64,000 nt of DNA from Pseudolabrys sp. (lineage in GTDB: Bacteria > Pseudomonadota > Alphaproteobacteria > Rhizobiales > Xanthobacteraceae): positions 44,933 through 108,932 of the forward strand of contig DATJVE010000017.1 in NCBI GenBank assembly GCA_035501975.1, given 5' to 3'. The position numbers and the translations under genes were made by a program. Positions 46,895 through 56,060 of the stretch are shown piece after piece. The notes under the pieces are model-generated. The model searched no databases, was not told the origin of the DNA, and saw only the letters and a list, made by a program, of their open reading frames with translations. Within the stretch, counting starts at the first letter, position 1. Each line of letters opens with the position of its first letter.

Positions 46895-48705
46895 TGCGTC
46901 ACCGGCGCCGCAGTCTTGATGCAGTCGACCGTGCAGACCTGCGCGCACAACGTGCAGCCGATGCACAGCGACGGGTCGATCTGAACTTTGTGCCGGCCCT
47001 CGAACGACTGCTCGCTCCAGGTGATCGCCGGACAGCCGAGGTTCATGCAGGCCTGGCAGGCGTTGCATTGCTCCTGCACGACTTCGAAGGGCGGGCCTTT
47101 GATCTTGGCCGGATCGAGCACGCAGGGGCGGTCGGCGATCAGCACCGACACGCCGCGATGATTAATGGCGTCGCGCAAGGCGTGGTGCATGGCGGCGAGA
47201 TCGTAGCTATCGACCTTGCGCACCCATTTCACGCCGATCGCGCGCACCAGCGCCTCGTAATCGACCGCCGGCGCATCTTCACCGCGCAGCGTCTTGCCGG
47301 TGCCGGGATGCTGCTGGCCGCCGGTCATCGCCGTGATGTGGTTGTCGAGCAAGAGCACGGTGATGTTCGCCTGGTTGTAGACCGCGTCGATCAGCCCCGG
47401 AATGCCGGCATGTAGGAAGGTCGAATCGCCGATGGTGGCGACCACCGGCTTGGTTTCGCCGGCCTTGGCCATGCCGATGGCGTTGCCGATCGAGGAGCCC
47501 ATCGACACCGTGGTGTCGAGGCCGCGCAGCGGCTCGAGGCAGGCGAGCGTGTAGCAGCCGATGTCACCGGCGACGCGCGCGCCGGTCGCGCGCACCGCCA
47601 TGAAGCTTGACGTGTGCGGGCAGCCGGCGCAGAGCACCGGCGGGCGCACCAACGGCTCCGGCGTCCAGGCGCCCTGCCGCGGGCGCGGCTCGAGAATGCC
47701 CGCCTTCTCGAAGCCGGCGCGCACGATCTCCGGCGACAATTCACCGGTGCGCGGGAACAGGCTCTTGCCTTCGACGGCAAAGCCGAGCGCGCGGATTTCC
47801 TTTTCGATCACGGGCTCAAGCTCTTCAACGACGAAAATGCGGTCGATCGATTGGCAATAGCGCCGCAGCAAATCATCCGGCAGCGGCCAGGAGGCGCCGA
47901 GCTTCAACACGTTCGCGTCGGGCAGCGCCTCGCGCACGTAAGGGTAACAGGTGCCGGCGGTGATGACGCCGAAGCTGGTGTCGCCCTCCTCCCAGCGATT
48001 GATAGGCGCGTCGGCGAAATAGGCCTTCAACCGTGCCTCGCGCTCGAGCACCGCGCCATGGCGCGGCCGCGCATGGGCCGGGATCATCACATTTTTCGAG
48101 GGCTTCTCAAGAAATCCGCGCGGCGGAAGCTCGCGACGGTCGCCGATCACCGCGGGACTGCGGGTGTGCGACAGCCGCGTCGTCGAGCGCACGATCACCG
48201 GCGTATCGAAGGTCTCGGACAGTTCGAACGCGAGGCGGGTGAAATCCAAAGCCTCCTGCGCGTCGCTTGGCTCGAGCACGGGGATGGTCGCCAGCGCGCC
48301 GTAGATGCGCGTGTCCTGCTCGTTCTGCGATGAGTGAATGCCCGGATCGTCGCAGACCGCGAGCACCAGCCCACCGTTCACGCCGATATAGGCCTGCGAC
48401 ATGAAGGCGTCGGCGGCGACGTTGAGACCGACATGCTTCATGGCGGCGAGCGCGCGTTGCCCGGCAAAGGAAGCGCCAATCGCGACGTCGAGCGCGACTT
48501 TTTCGTTGGTCGACCACTGCGCGTGCAGGTCCTCGGCCGGATATTCGGCCAGAGTTTCCAGGATTTCGGTGCTCGGCGTGCCGGGATAGGCGGCGGCGAC
48601 CTTGACGCCGGCCTCCCAGGCGCCGCGCGCGATTGCCTCGTTGCCGGTCAACGGGCGCAACCCATTGGCGGCCGAGCGCTCGACGCTTTCCAAGGCCTTA
48701 TGCAT
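46891..48705 (-). CDS. iorA: Indolepyruvate:ferredoxin oxidoreductase alpha subunit
   Basis: GNEAIARG, YPGTPSTE, NEKVA, MKHVGLN, SSQNEQD, CAGCPH, GDSTF, C-terminal ferredoxin motifs. Confidence 0.93.
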   Translation of the reverse strand: MHKALESVERSAANGLRPLTGNEAIARGAWEAGVKVAAAYPGTPSTEILETLAEYPAEDLHAQWSTNEKVALDVAIGASFAGQRALAAMKHVGLNVAADAFMSQAYIGVNGGLVLAVCDDPGIHSSQNEQDTRIYGALATIPVLEPSDAQEALDFTRLAFELSETFDTPVIVRSTTRLSHTRSPAVIGDRRELPPRGFLEKPSKNVMIPAHARPRHGAVLEREARLKAYFADAPINRWEEGDTSFGVITAGTCYPYVREALPDANVLKLGASWPLPDDLLRRYCQSIDRIFVVEELEPVIEKEIRALGFAVEGKSLFPRTGELSPEIVRAGFEKAGILEPRPRQGAWTPEPLVRPPVLCAGCPHTSSFMAVRATGARVAGDIGCYTLACLEPLRGLDTTVSMGSSIGNAIGMAKAGETKPVVATIGDSTFLHAGIPGLIDAVYNQANITVLLLDNHITAMTGGQQHPGTGKTLRGEDAPAVDYEALVRAIGVKWVRKVDSYDLAAMHHALRDAINHRGVSVLIADRPCVLDPAKIKGPPFEVVQEQCNACQACMNLGCPAITWSEQSFEGRHKVQIDPSLCIGCTLCAQVCTVDCIKTAAPVTQ

Positions 48706-48777
48706 ACCGCTTCTGCCCCCGCTGGCCGACGCCTACGCTCTTCCTTGCCATCATCCTCTCATCGCCAGCAGGTCTAA

Positions 48778-48791
48778 TTGAGCCAAATCAA
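48778..48791. promoter_or_regulatory. FNR/FixK box upstream of iorA
   Basis: TTGATttggCTCAA on the minus strand, flanked by AA/TT. Confidence 0.7.
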
Positions 48792-48815
48792 TTGGTTACT
48801 GGTCGGATGAGGCGC

Positions 48816-48840
48816 AAAAGCCCGCGCCCGTTAGCGGGCG
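48816..48840 (-). terminator. Possible intrinsic terminator at the end of the thioesterase gene
   Basis: GCCCGC-N8-GCGGGC followed by TTTT on the minus strand. Confidence 0.4.
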
Positions 48841-49241
48841 GCGGCAAATTTGGCCGCCTTCGCCTTGAGCCGCTCGATCGTCTTGCCCTTGTCGACCACG
48901 AACCGGCTGTGCGAGCCGGAACCGATGGCTTCCAGATTGTCCTTGGCGGCGATGTCGAAGGTGACCTTGCGCCCTTCCACCGCGCTCACGGTCGCGGTGA
49001 TCTCGATCGTCATGCCCGGCAGCGTCGGCGCCAGATGGCGGATCGACACGTCGACGCCAACCGAATCCTCGTTGGCGTCGGCGTGCTCGAGGATCAGATC
49101 ACGGCAGGTGTGCTCGATGTCCTGCACCAGCTTGGGCGTGGCGTAGACACGGCCTTCTTCGCCCATGAAGCCGATGGTTCGGTCCTTGTCGATGGTGACC
49201 CGGTTGGTCCGCGACACGCCCGGACGCAGGCTCTCCTTCAT
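48831..49241 (-). CDS. FlK-like hotdog-fold thioesterase
   Basis: VYATP...IE, SVG...HLAPT, HSRFVV (Thr/Glu/His/Arg pattern of the FlK family); GAGGAG RBS. Confidence 0.85.
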   Translation of the reverse strand: MKESLRPGVSRTNRVTIDKDRTIGFMGEEGRVYATPKLVQDIEHTCRDLILEHADANEDSVGVDVSIRHLAPTLPGMTIEITATVSAVEGRKVTFDIAAKDNLEAIGSGSHSRFVVDKGKTIERLKAKAAKFAAAR

Positions 49242-49308
49242 TAACTCCTCCTCGCCGTTTTTTGGCGGCAATCGCGGTATCTTTAGAGTGACACCCCGAA
49301 TGGCCGAC

Positions 49309-49322
49309 TTGACCAAGGTCAA
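49309..49322. promoter_or_regulatory. FNR/FixK box upstream of the thioesterase
   Basis: TTGACcaagGTCAA with symmetric half-sites. Confidence 0.75.
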
Positions 49323-49455
49323 TTCAAACGCGTTTTTGGATGCCCAAACAGGCCTCCGGACCTGGCGGGGCGTCACTGCCAAGGATTTGCGGGCGGTACT
49401 CGGGCAATCGACGGGGTGCCGAAAAAGCTTCTGAGTGCAGGCATGCGGCGCGGCC

Positions 49456-51222
49456 CTAGCGGGCCGCCGCGATGATCGGCAGCAGCAGGTAAGGCTCCTT
49501 GCCGGGCGCAAAATGCAGCCGGTTTTTGCCGCCGAAGATCGCCGGCGGCCGGTCCTGCGGATCGTCATGCAGCAGATTGCCGGTGCCGCGCATCGGGTAA
49601 GGCGCGTTGGCGAAGCCGCGGTCGCCGAGACCGTGATCAAAGTCGCAGCCGCGCACATTGAGCACGAGGCGATAACCCGGCGGCACTACGATCGACGTCG
49701 GCAAGATCTCGATGTCGAGTTCGACCGGCTCGCCGGGCTTGAGCGGCCAACTTTCGTCGTGCGGATGATAAGGCCTATACGGCAGGCTGCGTTGGGGATC
49801 GAGCTTGCGCTGCGAGGCGCGCAGCCAGCCGAGCGCGATCGGCACGCAAGGATCGTTCGAGCCGACGAACAGCACCTCCTTGCCGTCGGGCGCGAACAGA
49901 CGCAGCGCCAGAAAGAGATCGGCGTCGGTCGTGCCGGACGAGACAAAAAGCTTCGCCGCCAGCGGGCCGGTGATCTCGAGCGGCTTGGACTGCATCGGCA
50001 ACTCGAAGCGAACGCCGTCGCCCGTCGTTTCGTAGTCGATGGCCGCGCCCGATTTCGGCTCGCGCGTAAGCGCGCGGCCTGCGGGATCGAGATAGAACTT
50101 GGTCCACTGCGTGCGCGCCAGCGGCCATTCCTGCTCGTCGCGCACGACGAACTTCTCGCTGGGATGGCGGATATGCAGTTGCACTGGCGGCTGCTTGTTC
50201 CAGCCGGTGTCCTCGCCTTTGAGGAAGTGGCCGAAGAAACGCTTCTGCAACGCCTCGCCGTCAGCGCGATAGAACGGCGAGAAGTGCGAATCGCCATGCA
50301 CCTGCAGCCATTTCTGCTTCGACGCTGCCGCCCGGTAGCCTTCGAAATTGCCGCGCGGATGCAAGCCCATGCCGCCCCAGTTCGCCGCCGAAAGAACCGG
50401 TATGGTAATCTTGTCGAATTGCGGCGAACGTTCTCGGTAATAGTCGCCGTCGAGCGGTCGCTTGAGCACTTCGGGTCCGGGATCGATACGGTTTTTGGCG
50501 AGCACGTCGTCCGGCAGGGTCTCCGGTCCGGCCACCAATTCGCCGGTCACCCAGCTGCGCGCGCCGCGTTCGCCGTAGCCGCACTGCCGCTCGACCAGCG
50601 TGCGGTTAAACCAGGTGCTCAGGAACGTGGAGAGAATGCCGCCATGCCGCGACAGGTCGCGGTAATAATCCGCCGCGCCCTCCCACACGCAAATCGCGGC
50701 GAGGTGCGGCGGCTGCAGCGAGGCGACGTACCACTGATTCATCGCATAATAGGAAATGCCGTTGAGGCCGACCTTGCCGTTGCTCCACGGCTGCGCCGCG
50801 GCCCACTCGATGCAATTATAGTAGTCCTTGCGCTCGCGCGGCGACCACACCTCCATCACGCCAGGTGAGTGGCCGGCACCGCGGCTGTCGACGCGGATGC
50901 AGACGTAGCCGTCCGGTACCCATTTCTCCGGATCGACGACCTCCCAGTTTTGATACTTGTTGGTCGAGCCCTTGGCGATCTCGGGATATTTCCCGATCAT
51001 GTTGTGCCAGCTGCCACTGTAGAAGGCGTCTTGGAACGCCAGGCCCTTGGCATAGGGCCCGAGTGTCATGATCACCGGATAGCGGCCCTCCTCCATCGGG
51101 CGGAAGACGTCGGCGCGCAAGACGGTGCCGTCCTCCATCGGGATCGGCACGTCCCAATCGATTTGCATGCCGTCGGCGGCGACGGTGCTTTTGGCTTTTG
51201 TCTCGTCTGACGTTTGCTGCAT
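49456..51222 (-). CDS. CocE/NonD family hydrolase
   Basis: DGTVLRADVFRP, DSRG, WSNGKVG, GISYY nucleophile motif, PepX_C-like C-terminus. Confidence 0.9.
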   Translation of the reverse strand: MQQTSDETKAKSTVAADGMQIDWDVPIPMEDGTVLRADVFRPMEEGRYPVIMTLGPYAKGLAFQDAFYSGSWHNMIGKYPEIAKGSTNKYQNWEVVDPEKWVPDGYVCIRVDSRGAGHSPGVMEVWSPRERKDYYNCIEWAAAQPWSNGKVGLNGISYYAMNQWYVASLQPPHLAAICVWEGAADYYRDLSRHGGILSTFLSTWFNRTLVERQCGYGERGARSWVTGELVAGPETLPDDVLAKNRIDPGPEVLKRPLDGDYYRERSPQFDKITIPVLSAANWGGMGLHPRGNFEGYRAAASKQKWLQVHGDSHFSPFYRADGEALQKRFFGHFLKGEDTGWNKQPPVQLHIRHPSEKFVVRDEQEWPLARTQWTKFYLDPAGRALTREPKSGAAIDYETTGDGVRFELPMQSKPLEITGPLAAKLFVSSGTTDADLFLALRLFAPDGKEVLFVGSNDPCVPIALGWLRASQRKLDPQRSLPYRPYHPHDESWPLKPGEPVELDIEILPTSIVVPPGYRLVLNVRGCDFDHGLGDRGFANAPYPMRGTGNLLHDDPQDRPPAIFGGKNRLHFAPGKEPYLLLPIIAAAR

Positions 51223-51306
51223 GGTCTTTCTTCGAACTCGCGTTCAAGCAGGTCGGCGCGCGAGCGTTGCGCGCCGATCCGCCTGGCTGACCGCCCGCCC
51301 CGTTCG

Positions 51307-52284
51307 TTACTGATTGACCTGAATGTTGTTGTCGTTGATCAGCTTGCCCCAGCGGTCGATTTCGCTTTTGAGGATCGCGCGCCCCGCCTCGGGCGAGCGC
51401 TGGTCTTTCGGATATGCCGAGACACCCTCCGCCGCCCATTGCTTGAGGAGCGCGGGATTGGTGACGACGGCGTCTTCCAGCGCCGCATTCAGGGTCTTGA
51501 TCACGGCGGCCGGCGTTCCGGCCGGCGCGAACATCGCTTCCCAGAATTGGATGTCGAACTTGGGTCCGAACATCTTCACGAAGCTGCCGGCTTGCGGGAA
51601 TTCCGGCATCGTCTCGGCTTGCGTGACCCCGAACGCCCTCAGCTTGCCGGCGGCGACGAACGGCCCCACCTGCTGCGGCGTGCCGAATGAAATATCGACA
51701 TGGTCGCCCAAGACGTCGGTAAGCATGGGCGCGCCGCCGCGGTAGGGAATGATGTCGATGGGAACCTTGGCCTCCTGGGCCAAGAGTGCGGTGGCGAGGT
51801 GGCCGGTCGAGCCGAAGCCCGGGATCGCCGCCTTCATCCGCTGCTTCTTCATCGCCGCGAGCAGTTCGTCGAGCGAATTCGCGGCGAGCGACTTCCGGCC
51901 GATCAAGACCAGCGGATTGCGATAGATAAACATCACCGGCGCCAAGTCTTTTTCCGTATCGTAGGGAAGACTCTTGAACAGCGTGGCGTTGGCGGAGATC
52001 TGCAGATTGTGAACGAGCAACGTGTACCCGTCCGGCGCCGAGTGAACGACTTTGTTGGTGCCGGTGATCGTGCTGCCGCCGGTGACGTTTTCGACGACGA
52101 AATTCTGATTTAGTTTCGCCGACAGCGCGGTTGCGATCACCCGGGCCAACTGATCGACCGGCCCGCCCGCCGAATAGGGCACGATGATCGTGACGGTGCG
52201 GTTGGGATATTGCTGCGCCGTTACGGGCGCCGCCATGGCGGCAAGGCCGGCTGCGACGGCGGCGGCGGTTATGATGCGTTTCAT
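51307..52284 (-). CDS. Bug/TctC tripartite tricarboxylate transporter substrate-binding protein
   Basis: Signal peptide, YPNRTVTIIVPYSAGG, VVEN, PDGYTL, IPYRGG. Confidence 0.93.
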   Translation of the reverse strand: MKRIITAAAVAAGLAAMAAPVTAQQYPNRTVTIIVPYSAGGPVDQLARVIATALSAKLNQNFVVENVTGGSTITGTNKVVHSAPDGYTLLVHNLQISANATLFKSLPYDTEKDLAPVMFIYRNPLVLIGRKSLAANSLDELLAAMKKQRMKAAIPGFGSTGHLATALLAQEAKVPIDIIPYRGGAPMLTDVLGDHVDISFGTPQQVGPFVAAGKLRAFGVTQAETMPEFPQAGSFVKMFGPKFDIQFWEAMFAPAGTPAAVIKTLNAALEDAVVTNPALLKQWAAEGVSAYPKDQRSPEAGRAILKSEIDRWGKLINDNNIQVNQ

Positions 52285-52517
52285 TGGGACCTCCCTTGCC
52301 GATACTCTTTCTCACGCCAATCGCAATCACAAGCGCAGTCGAAAATTATTCTGAGCAGGGCTGCTATCTTCTCACCATGCGAACAGAAACGTCTCACATT
52401 GTGAACAGGCACGGCGCCTTTGCCACTTAAAATTGCGGCGCGCGCCTACTTTTGCAGCTCGCTTGACACGCGCGCCCAATCCGTATTCGTTTCGAGCAAC
52501 CGCCGGTTCGCTCCGGC

Positions 52518-52570
52518 GAGGCGATGGAGTTCCGCCGAAACCGCCCTGTGGGGCTGATGACTCCTTTCAT
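52518..52570 (+). ncRNA. Fluoride riboswitch (crcB motif)
   Basis: GGCGATGGAGTTCCGCC...AACCGC...GCTGATGACTCCT consensus, upstream of crcB. Confidence 0.93.
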
Positions 52571-52769
52571 TCGAAGTGGGATGGAAGGAGAGCGTATTTG
52601 CCGTCCCGCACTTTTCGCCAGACGGTCTGAATGCGCGCGCCGTGCTTTGTCTTGCGCGGCCGAGCGGGCAATCGAAAAACATGTGCGGAGCAGGTCATGG
52701 CTGGCCCCTTTGGGTAGGACGGCACGGACGAGTCTGGTTTAATCAACAAAGGCAGGGAGCAGTGATCGG

Positions 52770-53168
52770 ATGGTCATGTATTTCTGGATCGCAGTCGGCA
52801 GCGCACTGGGTGGAATGGCGCGCTACGGCTGCTCGGGACTGGCCGCCCGCCTCATCGGCGAGACCTTTCCCTGGGGCACGTTCATCGTCAACGTCGCCGG
52901 CTCATTCGTTATCGGCTTTTTCGCCACCCTCACCGGCCCGGACAGCCGCTATATGGTCGGCTCGCTGGCGCGGCAATTCGTCATGACCGGATTCTGCGGC
53001 GGCTTCACCACGTTCTCCTCATTCAGCCTGCAGACGCTCAACCTGGTGAACGACGGTGAATGGTTTCGCGCCGGCGCCAATATCGGCGGCTCGGTCGCAG
53101 CTTGCCTGGTGGCGGTCTGGGCCGGCCACCTGCTTGCCGCCAGCATCAGCTCGATGAAGTGGATTTGA
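52770..53168 (+). CDS. crcB: Fluoride efflux channel Fluc/CrcB
   Basis: GSALGGMARY, FPWGTFIVN, GFCGGFTTFSSFS. Confidence 0.96.
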   Translation: MVMYFWIAVGSALGGMARYGCSGLAARLIGETFPWGTFIVNVAGSFVIGFFATLTGPDSRYMVGSLARQFVMTGFCGGFTTFSSFSLQTLNLVNDGEWFRAGANIGGSVAACLVAVWAGHLLAASISSMKWI

Positions 53169-53170
53169 CT

Positions 53171-53518
53171 ATGCAGATATCTCGCGATGCCGTGCTGCTC
53201 CGCATCTTCTTTGGCGAAGACGACAAGTTCGGCGGGTTGCCCCTCTATGAAGCGATCGTATTGAAGGCGCGCGAAATGCATCTTGGCGGCGCCACCATGC
53301 TGCGCGGCCACGTCGGCTTCGGCCATTCCAGCCGCATTCACACCACCAAGATCCTGCGCCTGTCGCAGGATCTGCCGATCGTCGTCGAGATCGTGGACTC
53401 GAAGGAAAAAATCGATGCCTTCCTGCCGGTGCTCGATGAGATGATGTCGAGCGGGCTGGTGACGCTGGAAAAGGTGCAGGTGCTGCAATACGGCACCAAG
53501 GGCGCGAACCAGAACTAG
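53171..53518 (+). CDS. DUF190 (PII-like) protein
   Basis: LRIFFGEDD, GATMLRG, GFG, LSQDLPIVVEIVD; typical crcB neighbour. Confidence 0.9.
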   Translation: MQISRDAVLLRIFFGEDDKFGGLPLYEAIVLKAREMHLGGATMLRGHVGFGHSSRIHTTKILRLSQDLPIVVEIVDSKEKIDAFLPVLDEMMSSGLVTLEKVQVLQYGTKGANQN

Positions 53519-53605
53519 CGCGGCCCTCCGCCGCTCGAATCTTCCGGTTGCGCATTCGCGCCTGGCCCAGCATTGTGCGGGCCGTCGAGGCAGGGAATTC
53601 GCACA

Positions 53606-54601
53606 ATGATCCGGATTGGCATTATCGGGCTCGGCTGGTGGGGCAAGCAGATCGTCGGCTGCCTCGCCGACAGCCCGCGCTTCAAAGTGGTGGCCGGTTG
53701 CGACATCGACCACAACACGGTCGCGCCGTTTGCGGCCGCGCGCGGTTTCGATCTGGTCGTCGACTACAAGGACCTGCTCAAGCGGTCCGACGTCGACGCC
53801 ATCGCCGTGGTGACGCCGCATCTGCTGCACGAGGAAATGGCGATTGCGGGCTTTGCCGCGGGCAAGCAGGTGTTCTGTGAGAAGCCGCTCGCACTCAATA
53901 GCGCGAGCGCCGAGCGCATCCTTGCCGCCTGCACCAAGGCCGGCGGCGTGCTCGGCATCGGCCACGAGCGCCGTTACGAGCCGGCGATGGAGGAGATGCG
54001 CCGGCTGTTCGAAGCGGGTCAGCTTGGCCGCCTGCTGCACATGGACGCCAACGTCAGCCACAGCAATTTCCGTAAAGTTGACCCGTCGAACTGGCGGCGC
54101 GATCCGCGCCACGCGCCGGCCGGCGCCTGGACTGCGCTCGGCATCCATCTCGGCGACATGTTCGTGTCGCTCGCCGGCGAGCCTACGCGCGTTGCTGCGC
54201 GCACCGCCTCGCAAATTTTCCCGGCACCGTCGGAGGATTTCGTTTCCGCAGAAATCGATTTCGAAAACGGCGCGCGCGGGCGCATCACCTGTCTGTCGAC
54301 GCCGCCGTTCTATGGACGCTTCACGCTATTTGGCGACCAGGGCTGGGTCGAGACGCAGGAAGGCGGCAATGTCGATAAGGGCATTGCGTCGAGCTTCGTG
54401 CATTGCGCCGCGGACGGCAGCCGGCAAACGCGCGAGTTTCACCACGCCAATGCCGTGCGATTGAATTTCGAGGCCTGGGCCGACGCGGTTGAAGGCCGCG
54501 CGCCTTATCGCTTTTCGACCGAGCAACTGCTCGGCAATATCCGCATTCTCGACGCGGTGGTGCGCTCGGCGGCGCAGGACGGCAAGCCGATCGCGCTGTA
54601 A
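53606..54601 (+). CDS. Gfo/Idh/MocA family oxidoreductase
   Basis: GIIGLGWWG, TPHLLH, FCEKP. Confidence 0.9.
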   Translation: MIRIGIIGLGWWGKQIVGCLADSPRFKVVAGCDIDHNTVAPFAAARGFDLVVDYKDLLKRSDVDAIAVVTPHLLHEEMAIAGFAAGKQVFCEKPLALNSASAERILAACTKAGGVLGIGHERRYEPAMEEMRRLFEAGQLGRLLHMDANVSHSNFRKVDPSNWRRDPRHAPAGAWTALGIHLGDMFVSLAGEPTRVAARTASQIFPAPSEDFVSAEIDFENGARGRITCLSTPPFYGRFTLFGDQGWVETQEGGNVDKGIASSFVHCAADGSRQTREFHHANAVRLNFEAWADAVEGRAPYRFSTEQLLGNIRILDAVVRSAAQDGKPIAL

Positions 54602-54621
54602 GATCGCGCCTGAGAGGCCGC

Positions 54622-55992
54622 ATGCAGCACGAAAAGGAACAGGTCGCACTCACCTCGATCGCGGCGTCTGCCGCGCTGACGATCGCCAAGGGTCTGGTCG
54701 GCTTCGCCACCGGGTCGCTGGCGATCCTGTCGGAGGCCGGTCATTCGCTGATCGACCTCGGCGCCACGGTGATGACCTATCTGGCGGTGCGTGTTTCCGG
54801 TAAGCCGGCCGACGCCGAGCACCACTACGGCCATGGCAAAGTCGAAAGCGTGTCGGCCCTGGCGGAAACCGCGCTGCTGTTCCTGCTCTCGGGCGTGGTG
54901 ATCTGGGAAGCGGCCAAGCGGCTGGCCGAGCACGAAGAACACGCGGTCATCGCCAATGCCTGGGCGTTCGGCGTGATCGCGGTGTCGATCGCGGTCGATT
55001 TCTTCCGCTCCCGCGCGCTCTCGCACACCGCCAGAGAGACGCAGAGCCAGGCGCTCGAGGCCGACGCCCTGCACTTCTCCTCCGATTTGTGGGCCTCGCT
55101 CGCCGTGCTGATCGGCCTCGGCGGCGTGCGGTTCGGACTGTGGTGGGCGGATTCGGTCGCCGCGCTGTTGGTTGCGATCCTGATCTGCGTCGCTGGGTGG
55201 CGGCTCGGGCGGCGTACCATCGACACCCTCACCGACGTGGCGCCGGCGGGCGCGGCCGAGCAGATCACCGCGACGGCGGCAAAAGTGCCCGGCGTAGTCC
55301 GCGTCAAACAAGTGCGCGCGCGCGCCGTCGGCGAGAAGACGTTCATCGATCTCGCCGTCGCGGTGAGCCGCACGCTGCCGCTCGAGCGCGTGAGCGCCGT
55401 CAAGGACGCGGTCGCCGCCGCCATCCGCCAGCGCATGCCGGGCGCCGAGCCGATCGTCACCACAGATCCAGTCGCGCTCAGCAACGAGACCGTGCTCGAC
55501 CGCGTCATGGTGATCGCGCGCAACCGCGCGCTGGCCGTGCATCACGTCACGGTGCACGAGCTGAACGACCGGTTGGCGATTTCGCTCGATCTCGAAGTGG
55601 ACGGCAAGCTGTCGCTGCGCGAGGCGCACGAACTGGCGGACAGTCTGGAAAACGCCATCGCCGGCGAGCTCGGCGCTCACGTCGAGATCGACACACATAT
55701 CGAGCCGCTGCAGCCGCATCGCGCCGCCGGCCGCGAGGCGCCGCCCGAGCGCGTGAAGGCGGTGGAGATTGCGCTAGCTGAGTTTGCCGCCGACGGCCGC
55801 ACGCTGCGCAACGTGCATGATGTGCGCGTGCGCGAGACCGCTGAAGGCGAAATCGTTAATTTCCATTGCAGCGTCGATCCGTCGCTGAGCGTGCGGGACG
55901 TGCACGAAAAGGTCGACGCCGTCGAGCGCGCGCTCAAGCAGCGCTCGCCGTCGATCAAGCGAGTCATCGGTCACGCCGAACCGATCCGATAA
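54622..55992 (+). CDS. Cation diffusion facilitator transporter with extended C-terminal domains
   Basis: SEAGHSLID, HHYGHGKVE, ADALHFSSD; repeated dimerisation-type domains ending in HIEP and HAEP. Confidence 0.9.
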   Translation: MQHEKEQVALTSIAASAALTIAKGLVGFATGSLAILSEAGHSLIDLGATVMTYLAVRVSGKPADAEHHYGHGKVESVSALAETALLFLLSGVVIWEAAKRLAEHEEHAVIANAWAFGVIAVSIAVDFFRSRALSHTARETQSQALEADALHFSSDLWASLAVLIGLGGVRFGLWWADSVAALLVAILICVAGWRLGRRTIDTLTDVAPAGAAEQITATAAKVPGVVRVKQVRARAVGEKTFIDLAVAVSRTLPLERVSAVKDAVAAAIRQRMPGAEPIVTTDPVALSNETVLDRVMVIARNRALAVHHVTVHELNDRLAISLDLEVDGKLSLREAHELADSLENAIAGELGAHVEIDTHIEPLQPHRAAGREAPPERVKAVEIALAEFAADGRTLRNVHDVRVRETAEGEIVNFHCSVDPSLSVRDVHEKVDAVERALKQRSPSIKRVIGHAEPIR

Positions 55993-55994
55993 CT

Positions 55995-56034
55995 GTCATT
56001 CCGGGACATCGCGAAGCGATGGACCCGGAGTCCA
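55995..56034 (+). repeat. REP-like palindromic element of the rhizobial GTCATTCCGGG type
   Basis: GTCATTCCGGG-ACATCGC-GAA-GCGATG-GACCCGGAGTCCA hairpin between convergent genes; single copy in this window. Confidence 0.6.
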
Positions 56035-56060
56035 CACTCCAGAGCGCTGGAATAGGGTCA

